The notes beneath the pieces are model-generated. The model searched no databases. It worked only from the letters and a program-made list of their open reading frames with translations, and had not been told where the DNA came from. The translations under genes and the position numbers were made by a program. A stretch of 64,000 bases of DNA, taken from contig CAYOZJ010000003.1 of NCBI GenBank assembly GCA_964408485.1, forward strand, positions 1,290-65,289. The letters are read 5' to 3'. This document shows, one piece after another, positions 48,860 through 58,717 of this stretch (positions are counted from its first letter, which is position 1; the number at the start of each line of letters is the position of its first letter). The DNA comes from an uncultured Gammaproteobacteria bacterium (GTDB lineage: Bacteria > Patescibacteriota > Microgenomatia > Levybacterales > UBA12049).

Positions 48860-50259
48860 TAAAGCATATTCATTTTGTCGGTATAAAAGGTGTTGGTATG
48901 GCGCCTTTAGCAATTATTGCAAAAGAAGCCGGAATTACAGTGAGCGGAAGTGATATTGCCGATACATTTATTACCGACACCGTCTTAAAAAAGCATGACA
49001 TTATTCCCTTTGTTGATTTTGACTCTTCTCATATTAAAGGGGCAGATATGGTTATTACAACAGGTGCTCATGGAGGGTTTGATAATCCTGAAACAGTTGC
49101 AGCTAAAGAAAATCACATCTCCGTGTTGACGCAAGGTCAAGCAGTTGGAGAATTTATGGAAAACAAACTGCTTGGGCAAGAATATAGTGGCATATCAATT
49201 GCTGGAACGCATGGAAAAACAACAACAACAGCCATGGTAGCAGTTATTTTTTCTCAAGCCAAATTGGATCCATCATGGATTATTGGAACCTCGGAAGTCC
49301 CATCTCTTGGAGATGGAGGACACTTTGGTAGAGGAAAATATTTTATTGCAGAAGCAGATGAATATGCTAATGAGCCGCAATACGATAAAACACCTAAAAT
49401 GCTTCTTCAACATCCGAAAATTGCTGTGATTACCAATGTTGAACACGACCATCCAGATGTTTACCCCACACTGGAAGATTCGTATAGAGCATTTCTGCAA
49501 TTTGCGCAGCTTGTCCCCAAAGACGGTGTACTGATTACGTGTGGCGATGACAAGGGAGCCAGGGAAGTAATAAAAAATTATTCTGGAAATCTGTTGACAT
49601 ATGGATTTTCTGAAAAAAATGATTTTCAAGTAAAAAATGTAATAAAAACACATTCAGGAATAGAATGGGATGTTGTTAGCAAAAACTCAACAATTCATCT
49701 CTCTCTTTCTGTACCAGGAGAGCATAATGCATTTAATGCAACAGCTGCATATATAGTTAGTTTGCGGTGCGGCATAAATGAAAAAGAAATACAAAAAGGA
49801 CTCTTGGCTTTTACTGGAACAAAGCGACGCATGGAGTATATCGGACAACTTAAAAGTGGTGCGCTTTTATATGATGATTATGCGCATCATCCAACGGAGA
49901 TAGAAAAAACATTGACAGCAATTCGCGAGAAGTATCCTCAGTCGCATATTGTTTGTATTTTTCAACCCCATACATATTCTCGAACAAAATTATTATTCGA
50001 TCAATTTTTAGACTCACTGTCCTTAGCAGATGAGATTGTCTTGTCGGATATCTATTCATCTAAGAGAGAAGCTCCGGATCCAACCGTTTCATCAGCAATG
50101 ATGGTTGATAAATTGAAGCTAAATAAGCCTGTAGTACTTGCTAAAACACTCCTGGATGTGGTACAATACATTACTCAAAAAAGTTACGGAAATGATACTA
50201 TTATTCTCTCTATGGGTGCCGGAGATATTTATCAAATAGCAAATTCTTTACTATCCTAA
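48856..50259 (+). CDS. murC: UDP-MurNAc--L-alanine ligase
   Basis: HFVGIKGVGM, GTHGKTTT, EADE, DHPD, DDYAHHPTE, FQPHTYSRT, MGAGDI. Confidence 0.96.
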   Translation: MIKHIHFVGIKGVGMAPLAIIAKEAGITVSGSDIADTFITDTVLKKHDIIPFVDFDSSHIKGADMVITTGAHGGFDNPETVAAKENHISVLTQGQAVGEFMENKLLGQEYSGISIAGTHGKTTTTAMVAVIFSQAKLDPSWIIGTSEVPSLGDGGHFGRGKYFIAEADEYANEPQYDKTPKMLLQHPKIAVITNVEHDHPDVYPTLEDSYRAFLQFAQLVPKDGVLITCGDDKGAREVIKNYSGNLLTYGFSEKNDFQVKNVIKTHSGIEWDVVSKNSTIHLSLSVPGEHNAFNATAAYIVSLRCGINEKEIQKGLLAFTGTKRRMEYIGQLKSGALLYDDYAHHPTEIEKTLTAIREKYPQSHIVCIFQPHTYSRTKLLFDQFLDSLSLADEIVLSDIYSSKREAPDPTVSSAMMVDKLKLNKPVVLAKTLLDVVQYITQKSYGNDTIILSMGAGDIYQIANSLLS

Positions 50260-50266
50260 CAGTAAT

Positions 50267-51595
50267 ATGGAAAAATTTATTATTAAAGGTGGAATCAGTT
50301 TACAAGGAAGTGTAAAAGTGTCAGGTAGCAAAAACGTTGCCCTAAAGGCACTCGTCGCTGCATGTCTTACTGATGAGAAAGTTATTATTCATAATGTTCC
50401 ACATATTTCAGATTTTGCAATCATGGCTGAAATTGTTGAAGAATTAGGTGGAAGCGTAACAATGACCGACCACACCGCTTCGATTCAGATAAAAACCATA
50501 CAGCATCACGAAATACCTCTTGATAAAGGTGCACAGGTTAGAGTTTCCTCTCTTTTCTTAGCACCCCTTTTACTGAGAGTTGGTGAAGCAATTATCCCTA
50601 ACCCGGGCGGTTGTAGGCTCGGTGCTCGTCCAATAGATAGGCTTGTGGATGGTATTGTAAGTCTCGGTGCGAAAATTACGTATTTTTCTGAAGACGGATA
50701 TTTCCATGCACGATCAAGTGGCTTGATAGGTACAACGTATACATTTAGTAAAAATACGCATACAGGTACTGAAATCATGCTTTTAGCATCTGTTTTAGCA
50801 AAAGGAGTAACTATTCTTAAAAATGCAGCACTAGAACCAGAAGTAGATGATTTAATCGATTTACTCAATAGTATGGGTGCAAAGGTAAAACGGTCCGCTA
50901 TGCGGGAAATTACTGTTGTAGGCGTAGAGAAGCTTCATGGTACGGAATTTACTATTTCTCCTGATAGAAATGAAGTGGTTACTTTTGCCATTGCAGCTTA
51001 TGCCACAAAAGGAGATATTTTTGTTGAGGGGACAAAAAAGAGTCATATTAAAGAATTTTTAGATGTAGTGGATATGGCAAAGGGTGGGTATGAAGAGAAA
51101 GAAAATGGTATGAGATTTTTTTATAATGGACAACTTGTTGCAACAGACGTTGTAACACGGCAATATCCCGGATTTATGACTGATTGGCAAGCGCCATGGG
51201 CAGTGCTTATGACACAAGCAAAAGGCATATCGACAATTCATGAGACAGTTTTTGAGAATAAAATGGGATACATAGAGGACTTAAATAAAATGGGAGCACA
51301 GGTTGTTCCATTTAAACCCATTGTTACGGATCCAGAAGATTTTTATAATTTTAACCTTTCTGATGATAGACCTGAGTATATTCATGCAATTAAAATTCAT
51401 GGTCCAGTAGTCTTGCATAATGCTGTGGTAACAATGGAAAATATTCGAGCTGGTGCAGCGGTTGTGTTGGCAGGACTTATTGCAAAGGGGACAACAACTA
51501 TTTTTGGTGTGGATAAATTGGATAGAGGATATGAAAAATTTGAAGAACGACTTCGGTTATTGGGAGCAAAAATAGAAAGGAAAAATGAAAAATAA
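50267..51595 (+). CDS. murA: UDP-GlcNAc 1-carboxyvinyltransferase
   Basis: SGSKN, PGGCRLGARPID (catalytic Cys present), NAALEPEV, YPGFMTDWQ, RGYE. Confidence 0.96.
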   Translation: MEKFIIKGGISLQGSVKVSGSKNVALKALVAACLTDEKVIIHNVPHISDFAIMAEIVEELGGSVTMTDHTASIQIKTIQHHEIPLDKGAQVRVSSLFLAPLLLRVGEAIIPNPGGCRLGARPIDRLVDGIVSLGAKITYFSEDGYFHARSSGLIGTTYTFSKNTHTGTEIMLLASVLAKGVTILKNAALEPEVDDLIDLLNSMGAKVKRSAMREITVVGVEKLHGTEFTISPDRNEVVTFAIAAYATKGDIFVEGTKKSHIKEFLDVVDMAKGGYEEKENGMRFFYNGQLVATDVVTRQYPGFMTDWQAPWAVLMTQAKGISTIHETVFENKMGYIEDLNKMGAQVVPFKPIVTDPEDFYNFNLSDDRPEYIHAIKIHGPVVLHNAVVTMENIRAGAAVVLAGLIAKGTTTIFGVDKLDRGYEKFEERLRLLGAKIERKNEK

Positions 51596-52340
51596 TATGG
51601 ATACGCAAATTGGTGCAATTGTTTTGGCTGCAGGTAAGGGATCTCGCATGAAATCAAAAGATGCAAATAAAGTAACATTATCACTTAATGATAAACCAAT
51701 GATTCTTCACACCGTAGAACTTTTAGAGAAAGTTAATGTACACCCTTTAGTTATTGTTGTTGGATTTGCAAAAGAGTCAGTAATGAACATTCTAGGAGAA
51801 AGGGTTTATTTTGCAGTTCAGGAAAAAAGATTGGGTACAGCCCATGCAGCTCTTAAAGGATTAGAAAAAATGCCTGAAGAAGTTGAGAATGTATTAATTC
51901 TTAATGGAGACGATTCTGCATTTTATACAGAAAGAGTTATAAAAGATCTTGTTAAAAAGCATGTAGAAAGCGATGCGTCCTTTACGTTTTTAACATTAAG
52001 TGTTGCAAATCCTCAAGGCTTAGGTAGAGTAGTAAGAAATTTAGATGGAGATGTAGTGAAGATAGTTGAAGAAAAAGATGCAACAAGTTTAGAGCGAGAA
52101 ATTACAGAAATAAATCCAGCCTGTTATTTATTTAAAACGTCATTCCTCAAAAAATTTCTTAAACAAGTTAAGAAAAGTCCTATCACAGGAGAATATTATC
52201 TGGTAAGTCTTGTTGAATTAGCAGTGCAAAACAAAGAAAAGCTAACAACATTACACATTGAAAATATTCCCTGGAGAGGAGTAAACACAAAAGAAGAATT
52301 AGAAGAGGCGAGGGATATGTTTGTTACAATAGATAAATAA
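51585..52340 (+). CDS. GlmU uridylyltransferase domain only
   Basis: LAAGKGSRMKS, RLGTAHA, LNGD, GRVVR, IVEEKDA, GEYYL, GVNT; ends before the LbH domain. Confidence 0.85.
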   Translation: MKNNMDTQIGAIVLAAGKGSRMKSKDANKVTLSLNDKPMILHTVELLEKVNVHPLVIVVGFAKESVMNILGERVYFAVQEKRLGTAHAALKGLEKMPEEVENVLILNGDDSAFYTERVIKDLVKKHVESDASFTFLTLSVANPQGLGRVVRNLDGDVVKIVEEKDATSLEREITEINPACYLFKTSFLKKFLKQVKKSPITGEYYLVSLVELAVQNKEKLTTLHIENIPWRGVNTKEELEEARDMFVTIDK

Positions 52341-52341
52341 T

Positions 52342-53595
52342 ATGCAAGCAGTTATTCTAGCAGCAGGAAAGTCAGAAAGATTTTATCCGTTTAACGGATT
52401 TGGCCATAAGTCTATGGTACCGCTTCTTGGGAAGCCGCTTCTTCAGCACACACTTGAAGAACTTAAAAAGGCAAAATTTACAAGTGCAATTATTGTCGTT
52501 GCGAAGAATAGTATTATTCCTGACAAAATTACACCTGTTTCGGGACTATCGGTACAATTTGTTACACAAGAAGAAAAATTGGGGATGGGCCATGCACTTT
52601 CTGTTGCAAGAGATTTTCTGGAAGATTCCTTTTTTCTGCTTAATGGATACCATATGGATCTTCCCTGTTTTGCAGGAGAAATGTTGAAAAAGCAGAAAAG
52701 TACTCAGGATGTAGTTGTGCTTGCTAAGGAAGATATATCGCTTGAGCGATATGGTGTCGTAGAGGTTACAGATGATCGTGTTGTATCTGTTACAGAAAAA
52801 CCTGAAAAAGCAGAAGGCAGTCGTCTTCGAATAATAGGCATGTATTTGCTTACAAAATCATTCCTTCAGGAGTTAGACAAAACTCCTTTAGAAGAATATC
52901 ACTTAGAAAAAGCACTTGATTCCTATGCAAAATCCCAACGCGTTTCCTTTGTCAAAACAAACGATTTGACAATTACCCTAAAACATAGCTGGGATATTTT
53001 GTCGGTAAAGGATTATCTATTATCACAGGTAAAACGAAATATCTCAAAAAAGGCACGCATTGCAGAATCAGCAATTGTTGAAGGAAATGTTGTTGTGAGT
53101 GATGATGTTGTTATTCTAGAAAATGCAGTTATTAAAGGTCCATGCTTTTTAGGTAGTGGAGTAGTTGTGGGAAATAATGCAATTGTGAGAAATGGTGTTA
53201 TTGCAGAGGACAATGCTGTTATTGGCGCGAATATGGAAATAAAAAATTCTGTACTTATGAAAGGTGCAACAACGCACAGCGGATTTATTGGTGATAGCGT
53301 TATTGGTATAGGTACTCGTATTGCAGGAGGTTTTTTAAGTGCGAATGTACGCTTTGACAGAGGAGAAATTATGGCAATTGTTAATGGAAAGACGGTTAAT
53401 TCTCATAGAAATCATCTCGGTGTTATTATGGGAGAGAAAGTTGATTTGGGCGTTACTGTTGCAACGATGCCTGGTATAACTATTGGGAATTATGCAACCA
53501 TAGGGCCATCCACTACAGTTATGGAAAATGTTGAGGATAACAATCTTTTTTACACAAAATTTCAAACAACCAAAAAGAAAAAGTCCATTCGGTAA
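52342..53595 (+). CDS. Archaeal-type bifunctional sugar-1-phosphate nucleotidylyltransferase/acetyltransferase (GlmU-like)
   Basis: QAVILAAGKSERF.P, LGMGHAL, YGVVE, EKP, then LbH repeats EIKNS...GDSVIG...AN.RFD. Confidence 0.8.
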   Translation: MQAVILAAGKSERFYPFNGFGHKSMVPLLGKPLLQHTLEELKKAKFTSAIIVVAKNSIIPDKITPVSGLSVQFVTQEEKLGMGHALSVARDFLEDSFFLLNGYHMDLPCFAGEMLKKQKSTQDVVVLAKEDISLERYGVVEVTDDRVVSVTEKPEKAEGSRLRIIGMYLLTKSFLQELDKTPLEEYHLEKALDSYAKSQRVSFVKTNDLTITLKHSWDILSVKDYLLSQVKRNISKKARIAESAIVEGNVVVSDDVVILENAVIKGPCFLGSGVVVGNNAIVRNGVIAEDNAVIGANMEIKNSVLMKGATTHSGFIGDSVIGIGTRIAGGFLSANVRFDRGEIMAIVNGKTVNSHRNHLGVIMGEKVDLGVTVATMPGITIGNYATIGPSTTVMENVEDNNLFYTKFQTTKKKKSIR

Positions 53596-53605
53596 ACTCA
53601 GGATC
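53583..53605 (+). repeat. Repeat family B copy at a gene junction
   Basis: GTCCATTCGGTAAACTCAGGATC; contains the upstream TAA and an AGGA before ATG 53609. Confidence 0.65.
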
Positions 53606-53608
53606 AAC

Positions 53609-54274
53609 ATGAATAAAAAAATAATCCTTTTTGATATTGACTATACGCTTTTTAATGGCAAAACATTTCGAGAAACGCTTCTTAAAGAAATAGGAAAAGA
53701 AATCCAACCTGAGTCTATTGATTCTTTTGCGATAGCTGCAGAAGAAGTATATATATCTCTTCGGGATGTAATGGCGCATTTTGACACAGCCCTTTTTGCT
53801 CAAGCGCTTTCTAAGCGATTTGATGTTGCTGTTGATGAAGTAATGGTTAAGGAAGAAACTGAAAGTCTTTCCAGAAGCGGGGTTTTCTTGTATGAAGAAA
53901 CAGAATCAGTCTTGAAAGAATTAAGTCTCTTGCCGAATACAGAAATAGGTATTTTTTCAACAGGATTTTTTGATTTACAGAAAGCCAAAATAGACCCAGT
54001 TATTCATTTTATTTCTGAAGAACATATGCATATCTTTACAGATAAGCAACCACTTTTACTGGATATTGTTGAAAAGTATAAAAATGAAAAATTGTATTTA
54101 GTCGATGATTTCTTTCAATTACTGCAGAAGGCGAAAGAAATAGACTCACATCTAACCACGGTTTGGATGAAGCGCGGTAGGCACGCTGAAAAAATTCAGG
54201 GCAGTTCTGAATTTGTGCCTGATTTTGCGATTACTAGCCTCGATGAGGTGTTATCTATAGTTGACAAGAGTTGA
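53609..54274 (+). CDS. HAD-superfamily hydrolase
   Basis: FDIDYTL, FSTG, K, VDD motifs; ORF track start is 53528. Confidence 0.8.
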   Translation: MNKKIILFDIDYTLFNGKTFRETLLKEIGKEIQPESIDSFAIAAEEVYISLRDVMAHFDTALFAQALSKRFDVAVDEVMVKEETESLSRSGVFLYEETESVLKELSLLPNTEIGIFSTGFFDLQKAKIDPVIHFISEEHMHIFTDKQPLLLDIVEKYKNEKLYLVDDFFQLLQKAKEIDSHLTTVWMKRGRHAEKIQGSSEFVPDFAITSLDEVLSIVDKS

Positions 54275-54290
54275 TATAGTTTGATAAAGT
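54261..54290 (+). promoter_or_regulatory. Sigma70 promoter of the glmS leader
   Basis: TTGACA-18 nt-(TGA)TAAAGT. Confidence 0.6.
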
Positions 54291-54325
54291 TAACATGTTC
54301 TTTGGAAAAGTAGTGGTAAATTGTG

Positions 54326-54530
54326 AGCGTGTGACTTGTTCAGTTGAACAAGAAACGAGGAGAGGGCCAGGTGCAGTCTTGTACTTGGAATCGAACCCGA
54401 AGCGAGTTCAGAAGTTCCAAAAGGAGCTTGCTCTGAGCTTGCCGAAGAGTATCTGCGGAAACCCTCCGGTGTATATACATCGAAGAAGACACTGAAAAGG
54501 TGATCTTTAGTATATCTACTTTTTCTTCAA
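54326..54530 (+). ncRNA. glmS ribozyme-riboswitch (GlcN6P-activated), variant with insertions
   Basis: A^GCG 5' end, P1 CTTGTTC/GAACAAG, ACGAGG, P2 GAGGG/CCCTC, ATCGAA, TGCGGA, P3 CGGTGT/ACACTG; directly upstream of glmS. Confidence 0.8.
54433..54447 (-). repeat. Repeat family B copy inside the glmS ribozyme
   Basis: CTGAGCTTGCCGAAG is the reverse complement of CTTCGGCAAGCTCAG. Confidence 0.65.
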
Positions 54531-54597
54531 AGGATAACGTTAATAAAAATATTTTAAGGTATTTTTAGCTTTGCGCTTTTAATTTTACATTTTTATT

Positions 54598-56361
54598 ATG
54601 TGTGGGATATTTGGTTACCTAGGAAATAGAACTGACACGGCAGAGATGGTCTTATTTGGTCTTAAACTCTTGGAATACAGAGGGTATGACTCGTGGGGAA
54701 TTGCTGTTAAAAAAGATAACAAGTTAGTGCTTGAAAAGCACGTTGGAAAAATTGGTGACGCTTCAACAATTCTTCCAAAAAGCTCTTTAGGTATCGGACA
54801 TACGCGTTGGGCAACTCATGGAGGTGTAACTGTTGAAAATGCCCATCCTCACCTTGATTGTACCCATCAACTTGCCCTTGTCCATAACGGAATCATTGAA
54901 AATTTTCAAGAATTAAAGGATGGACTTATTAAAAAAGGACACATATTTCTTTCTCAAACAGACACAGAAGTGGCAGTGCATTTAATAGAGGAAGAAATGA
55001 AGACAAAGGAATTTGCAGTCTCTGTAGAGGATGCGTTTAAGCAACTCAAAGGATTTAATGCATTTGTTATTGCTGACGCAACGTCAAAGGAGATTATTGC
55101 TGTTAAGAATGGTTCTCCACTCGTTGTTGGAAAAGCAAGCGATGGTTTGTATGTTGCCTCTGATGTTTCTGGAATTATCAAACACACACGTAACGTTTTC
55201 TTTCTAGAAGATAATCAAATGGTTATTCTAGGACAAGGCGTTACGCTCTTTAGTTTAGAAAATGGACAAGAGATACAACCTCCATTTATGCAGATTGATT
55301 GGACCTTTGAAGCATCAGAAAAAGGAAAATACAAACACTTCCTTGATAAAGAAATCCACGAACAACCAAAGGTTTTGGAAAATATAGCATTAACATACGA
55401 CAGTGAAATTAAAAATTTTGCAAAACTTATTAAAGAAGCACGAGGAACATTTTTCTTGGGATGTGGCACTGCTTCTTATGCTGCTCTTGCGGGAACCTAT
55501 CTTATTTCCAAAATCGCTAAAAAACATATTAATTTTACTGTAGGATCAGAATTTGAATATTTAGAAGATTATATAACACCTCAGACCCTCGTTGTTCCTA
55601 TTTCCCAATCGGGTGAGACAATAGATGTCGTTGATCCTGTTGGAAAGGCAAAGAAAAGGGGTGCGAAGATTGCAGCAGTTGTAAATGTGCTTGGTTCAAC
55701 GCTATATCGCATGGCTGATTTTTCATTACTTCTTGGTGCAGGTCCTGAGAAAGCGGTTATTGGGACAAAGAGCTTTATTGCAATGTATGCCGTTCTTCTT
55801 CTCGCTGCATATGAATTAGCAGGAATGCTCAAAGAGGGAAAGCATCTTCTTCAGGAATCAGCTAAAGATATTACTAAAATCCTTGCCCCAAATTCTATCC
55901 AAAAAATAAAAGATGTTGCCTCTTTCTTAAAGACTAAAGAGCATCTTTATGTGATAGGACGAGGGCTTTCCTATCCTGCGGCGTTAGAAGTAACCCTAAA
56001 ATTAAAAGAAACAGCATATATTCATGCGGAAGGATTCGCTGGGGGAGAGCTAAAGCATGGTGTTATTGCATTGATTGAAAAGGGAACTCCGTGTATTGTT
56101 ATTGCACCAAATGACGAGACATACGATGAAATAATTTCTAATGCACAAGAAATAAAGGCGAGAGGAGGATACATTATTGGTATTGGACCAAAAGAAAACG
56201 GTGTTTTTGATTCATTTATTCAGACGGGAGATACTAAGGAGGCAACGCTTATGTCCCAAGTAGTTGTTTCACAAGTCTTAGCCTATCATTTGGCTCTTAA
56301 AAAAGGACTTACTGATCCTGATAAGCCTCGAAATTTGGCAAAAAGTGTTGTTGTTAAATAA
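54598..56361 (+). CDS. glmS: Glutamine--fructose-6-phosphate transaminase
   Basis: MCGIFG, LEYRGYDS, GHTRWATHG, HNGIIEN, SQSGET, GELKHG, PRNLAKSV. Confidence 0.98.
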   Translation: MCGIFGYLGNRTDTAEMVLFGLKLLEYRGYDSWGIAVKKDNKLVLEKHVGKIGDASTILPKSSLGIGHTRWATHGGVTVENAHPHLDCTHQLALVHNGIIENFQELKDGLIKKGHIFLSQTDTEVAVHLIEEEMKTKEFAVSVEDAFKQLKGFNAFVIADATSKEIIAVKNGSPLVVGKASDGLYVASDVSGIIKHTRNVFFLEDNQMVILGQGVTLFSLENGQEIQPPFMQIDWTFEASEKGKYKHFLDKEIHEQPKVLENIALTYDSEIKNFAKLIKEARGTFFLGCGTASYAALAGTYLISKIAKKHINFTVGSEFEYLEDYITPQTLVVPISQSGETIDVVDPVGKAKKRGAKIAAVVNVLGSTLYRMADFSLLLGAGPEKAVIGTKSFIAMYAVLLLAAYELAGMLKEGKHLLQESAKDITKILAPNSIQKIKDVASFLKTKEHLYVIGRGLSYPAALEVTLKLKETAYIHAEGFAGGELKHGVIALIEKGTPCIVIAPNDETYDEIISNAQEIKARGGYIIGIGPKENGVFDSFIQTGDTKEATLMSQVVVSQVLAYHLALKKGLTDPDKPRNLAKSVVVK

Positions 56362-56406
56362 TAAGGTGGTCTTCGTTGTAGCTCGGTTTTACGGTATAAT
56401 ATTCAT

Positions 56407-57126
56407 ATGAAAGACCCAATTGTGATTCTTCATGGATGGGGAAGCCTCGTTTCAGGCCAAAAGCGATTTGGGGTAGTAAAACAACTTTTAGAAAAAAAAG
56501 GATATGTAGTTTTTACTCCCGATCTACCTGGGTTTGGTAGTAATTCTTTGGTAAAAGATCAACTGTTTTTTAAGGATTATATTGATTTTGTCACGCTATT
56601 TCTGAAGAAACATAAGCTTAAGAAAGTTATTCTCATCGGACATTCATTTGGTGGTAGAATCGCTATCGCAGTTGCGAAAGAATATCCTGAGTTGATCTCA
56701 AAGCTTATTTTAGCATCTGCATCAGGAATACCTCGAAAATTATCTCTCAAGAAAATGATTGCTCAATTGATTGCAAAGACAGGAAAGCATGTTTTTACTC
56801 TTCCACTACTTCGACCATTTTATCAACCTCTGCGTAAGTTTCTGTATGTAAGTATAGGTGAAATGGATTATTACAAAGCACGACATTTGGAGAAAACATT
56901 TAAAAATGTATACAGGGTAGATGTGAGTGCGGATTTACCAAAAATAGGTACACCAACACTTATTGTGTGGGGAGAAGACGATTCTTTTACTCCTGTTGCA
57001 GATGGAATGCTTATGCATGAAAAGATAAAAAATTCAAAACTTACCATAGTTGCAGATGGTACACATAGATTTCCTTATGAAAGGCCAAGCGAATTTGTAA
57101 GCATTGTTTTAGATTTTTTGTCGTAG
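56407..57126 (+). CDS. Alpha/beta-fold hydrolase
   Basis: LHGWG, DLPGFG, GHSFGG nucleophile, WGEDD, H. Confidence 0.9.
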   Translation: MKDPIVILHGWGSLVSGQKRFGVVKQLLEKKGYVVFTPDLPGFGSNSLVKDQLFFKDYIDFVTLFLKKHKLKKVILIGHSFGGRIAIAVAKEYPELISKLILASASGIPRKLSLKKMIAQLIAKTGKHVFTLPLLRPFYQPLRKFLYVSIGEMDYYKARHLEKTFKNVYRVDVSADLPKIGTPTLIVWGEDDSFTPVADGMLMHEKIKNSKLTIVADGTHRFPYERPSEFVSIVLDFLS

Positions 57127-57127
57127 T

Positions 57128-58717
57128 ATGTTACTTGTTGTTGCATCAATTTTATTTTTTATTGTTCTTTTTTCGACAAGTTTTTTTTGGACCTACCTCT
57201 GGCAACTCAAAGAATATCGGTTTGACAGATTGTATGTTCATATAAAAGATACCTTGCAGGGCAGAAGGGCAATCCTATCCGAGCAAACAGTTATTCTTTT
57301 GTTGGGATTTGTTTTTGCTTTTTTTGGAAATTTTTCTGAAAATATTGCAGGATACTTTCCGTTTGTTGCCACCTTGTTGTTGGCTGTTTTAACATTTCGA
57401 GTACTCTTCTTTATTTATCAAAGACGACAAAAGCGTCCAGTTTTTACACCGAAAGCTGTTTTAATAGTTGTATTATCTCTTTTCCTTTGTGTTGTTGTTA
57501 GTCTAATGCCGTTGACGGATATTTACTTGTGGTTTTTTATAACTCTTTTTATTACCCCCCTTATTATTTCACTTGTTGTTTTTCTTTTTGCTTTTCCTAC
57601 AGAAATTTATACAGACATATATATACAAAAGGCAAAAAAGAAAAGAAGTAGTCTAAAAAATCTTCATGTGATCGCAGTGAGCGGAAGCTATGGGAAAAGC
57701 TCAACAAAGGAAATTATCGCTCACGTGTTGTCTCAAAAATATAGTGTTGTTAAAACGGCTTTATCCAATAATACGCCGCTTGCTATAGCAAAGACTCTTC
57801 TAACAAAAGTGGATACGAATACGGATTTTTTTATTGTTGAGCTTGGAGCATATAAAAAAGGAGAAATACGACAGCTTGCTGAAATAGTTAGTCCAACGAT
57901 AAGTGTTACTACGGCTGTTAGTGATCAGCACTTAGCGCTGTATGGAGAAATGAAGGATGTTGTTGAATCAGAACTAGAGCTCATGAAAGTGATGCCACAT
58001 AATGCGCTAATCATTCTTAATGAGAATAGTGATGGTATGCAGGATTTGTTTAAGAAAATAAAGCAACCCAATATTGTTTGGTATTCTACGAAAAGTAACA
58101 CAAAACGAAAAAACACAATCGTTGCTCAGAATATTACAGTTAGCACAAAAGGTATTACATGGGAGTATCGGGGAAATGGAGGGAGCTTTTCTCTTAGATC
58201 ACCTCTTCTTGGAAAACATACAGTTGAAAATATTCTCCCTGCTGTTTTTCTTGGGAAGAAGTTTGGGTTAAGAAGTAATGAAATAGAGCAGGCAGTAAAG
58301 TCGCTCCGTCCTCTTGCAAAAACAATGGAATCAAAAAAAATTCTTAATGGAATCACCATTATTGATGATACCTTTAATGCGAGTCCCGAATCGGTTGTTG
58401 CAGCAATAGATTACCTTAAGCTTTCTAAAAAAAGAAAAATTTTAGTTCTGTCTCCTCTTATAGAGCTAGGTAAGATGAGTAGTATTCGTCACAAAGAAAT
58501 TGGAGAAAATGTTGCGGGAATTGATTTCCTCTTTATTACTAATAAAAATTACTTTTCAGACATTAAAGATGGGATTGCTGGAGAAAAGGGCAAAGTAAAA
58601 GTTGTGACAGGATCATACGACTTCTTAGCAAAACAGCTCGTAGTGCTTTTAAGAAAAGATGACGCTATTGTTTTTGAAGGAAAGGAAGCAGGAATAGTCT
58701 TGCAAAAAATACAATGA
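57128..58717 (+). CDS. Second MurF-like ligase with about 5 N-terminal TM helices
   Basis: WQLKEYRFDR, TM block, GSYGKSSTKE, ELGAYKKGEI, IDDTFNASP, ELG..H. Confidence 0.8.
   Translation: MLLVVASILFFIVLFSTSFFWTYLWQLKEYRFDRLYVHIKDTLQGRRAILSEQTVILLLGFVFAFFGNFSENIAGYFPFVATLLLAVLTFRVLFFIYQRRQKRPVFTPKAVLIVVLSLFLCVVVSLMPLTDIYLWFFITLFITPLIISLVVFLFAFPTEIYTDIYIQKAKKKRSSLKNLHVIAVSGSYGKSSTKEIIAHVLSQKYSVVKTALSNNTPLAIAKTLLTKVDTNTDFFIVELGAYKKGEIRQLAEIVSPTISVTTAVSDQHLALYGEMKDVVESELELMKVMPHNALIILNENSDGMQDLFKKIKQPNIVWYSTKSNTKRKNTIVAQNITVSTKGITWEYRGNGGSFSLRSPLLGKHTVENILPAVFLGKKFGLRSNEIEQAVKSLRPLAKTMESKKILNGITIIDDTFNASPESVVAAIDYLKLSKKRKILVLSPLIELGKMSSIRHKEIGENVAGIDFLFITNKNYFSDIKDGIAGEKGKVKVVTGSYDFLAKQLVVLLRKDDAIVFEGKEAGIVLQKIQ

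Noticed and set aside
48293-48913. 206-aa and 148-aa minus-strand ORFs
   Set aside because: Antisense shadows of murE with no recognisable motifs
54295-54495. 66-aa ORF upstream of glmS
   Set aside because: It overlies the glmS ribozyme and its ATG is only 4 nt after the -10 box, probably upstream of the TSS; most likely a chance ORF in structured RNA
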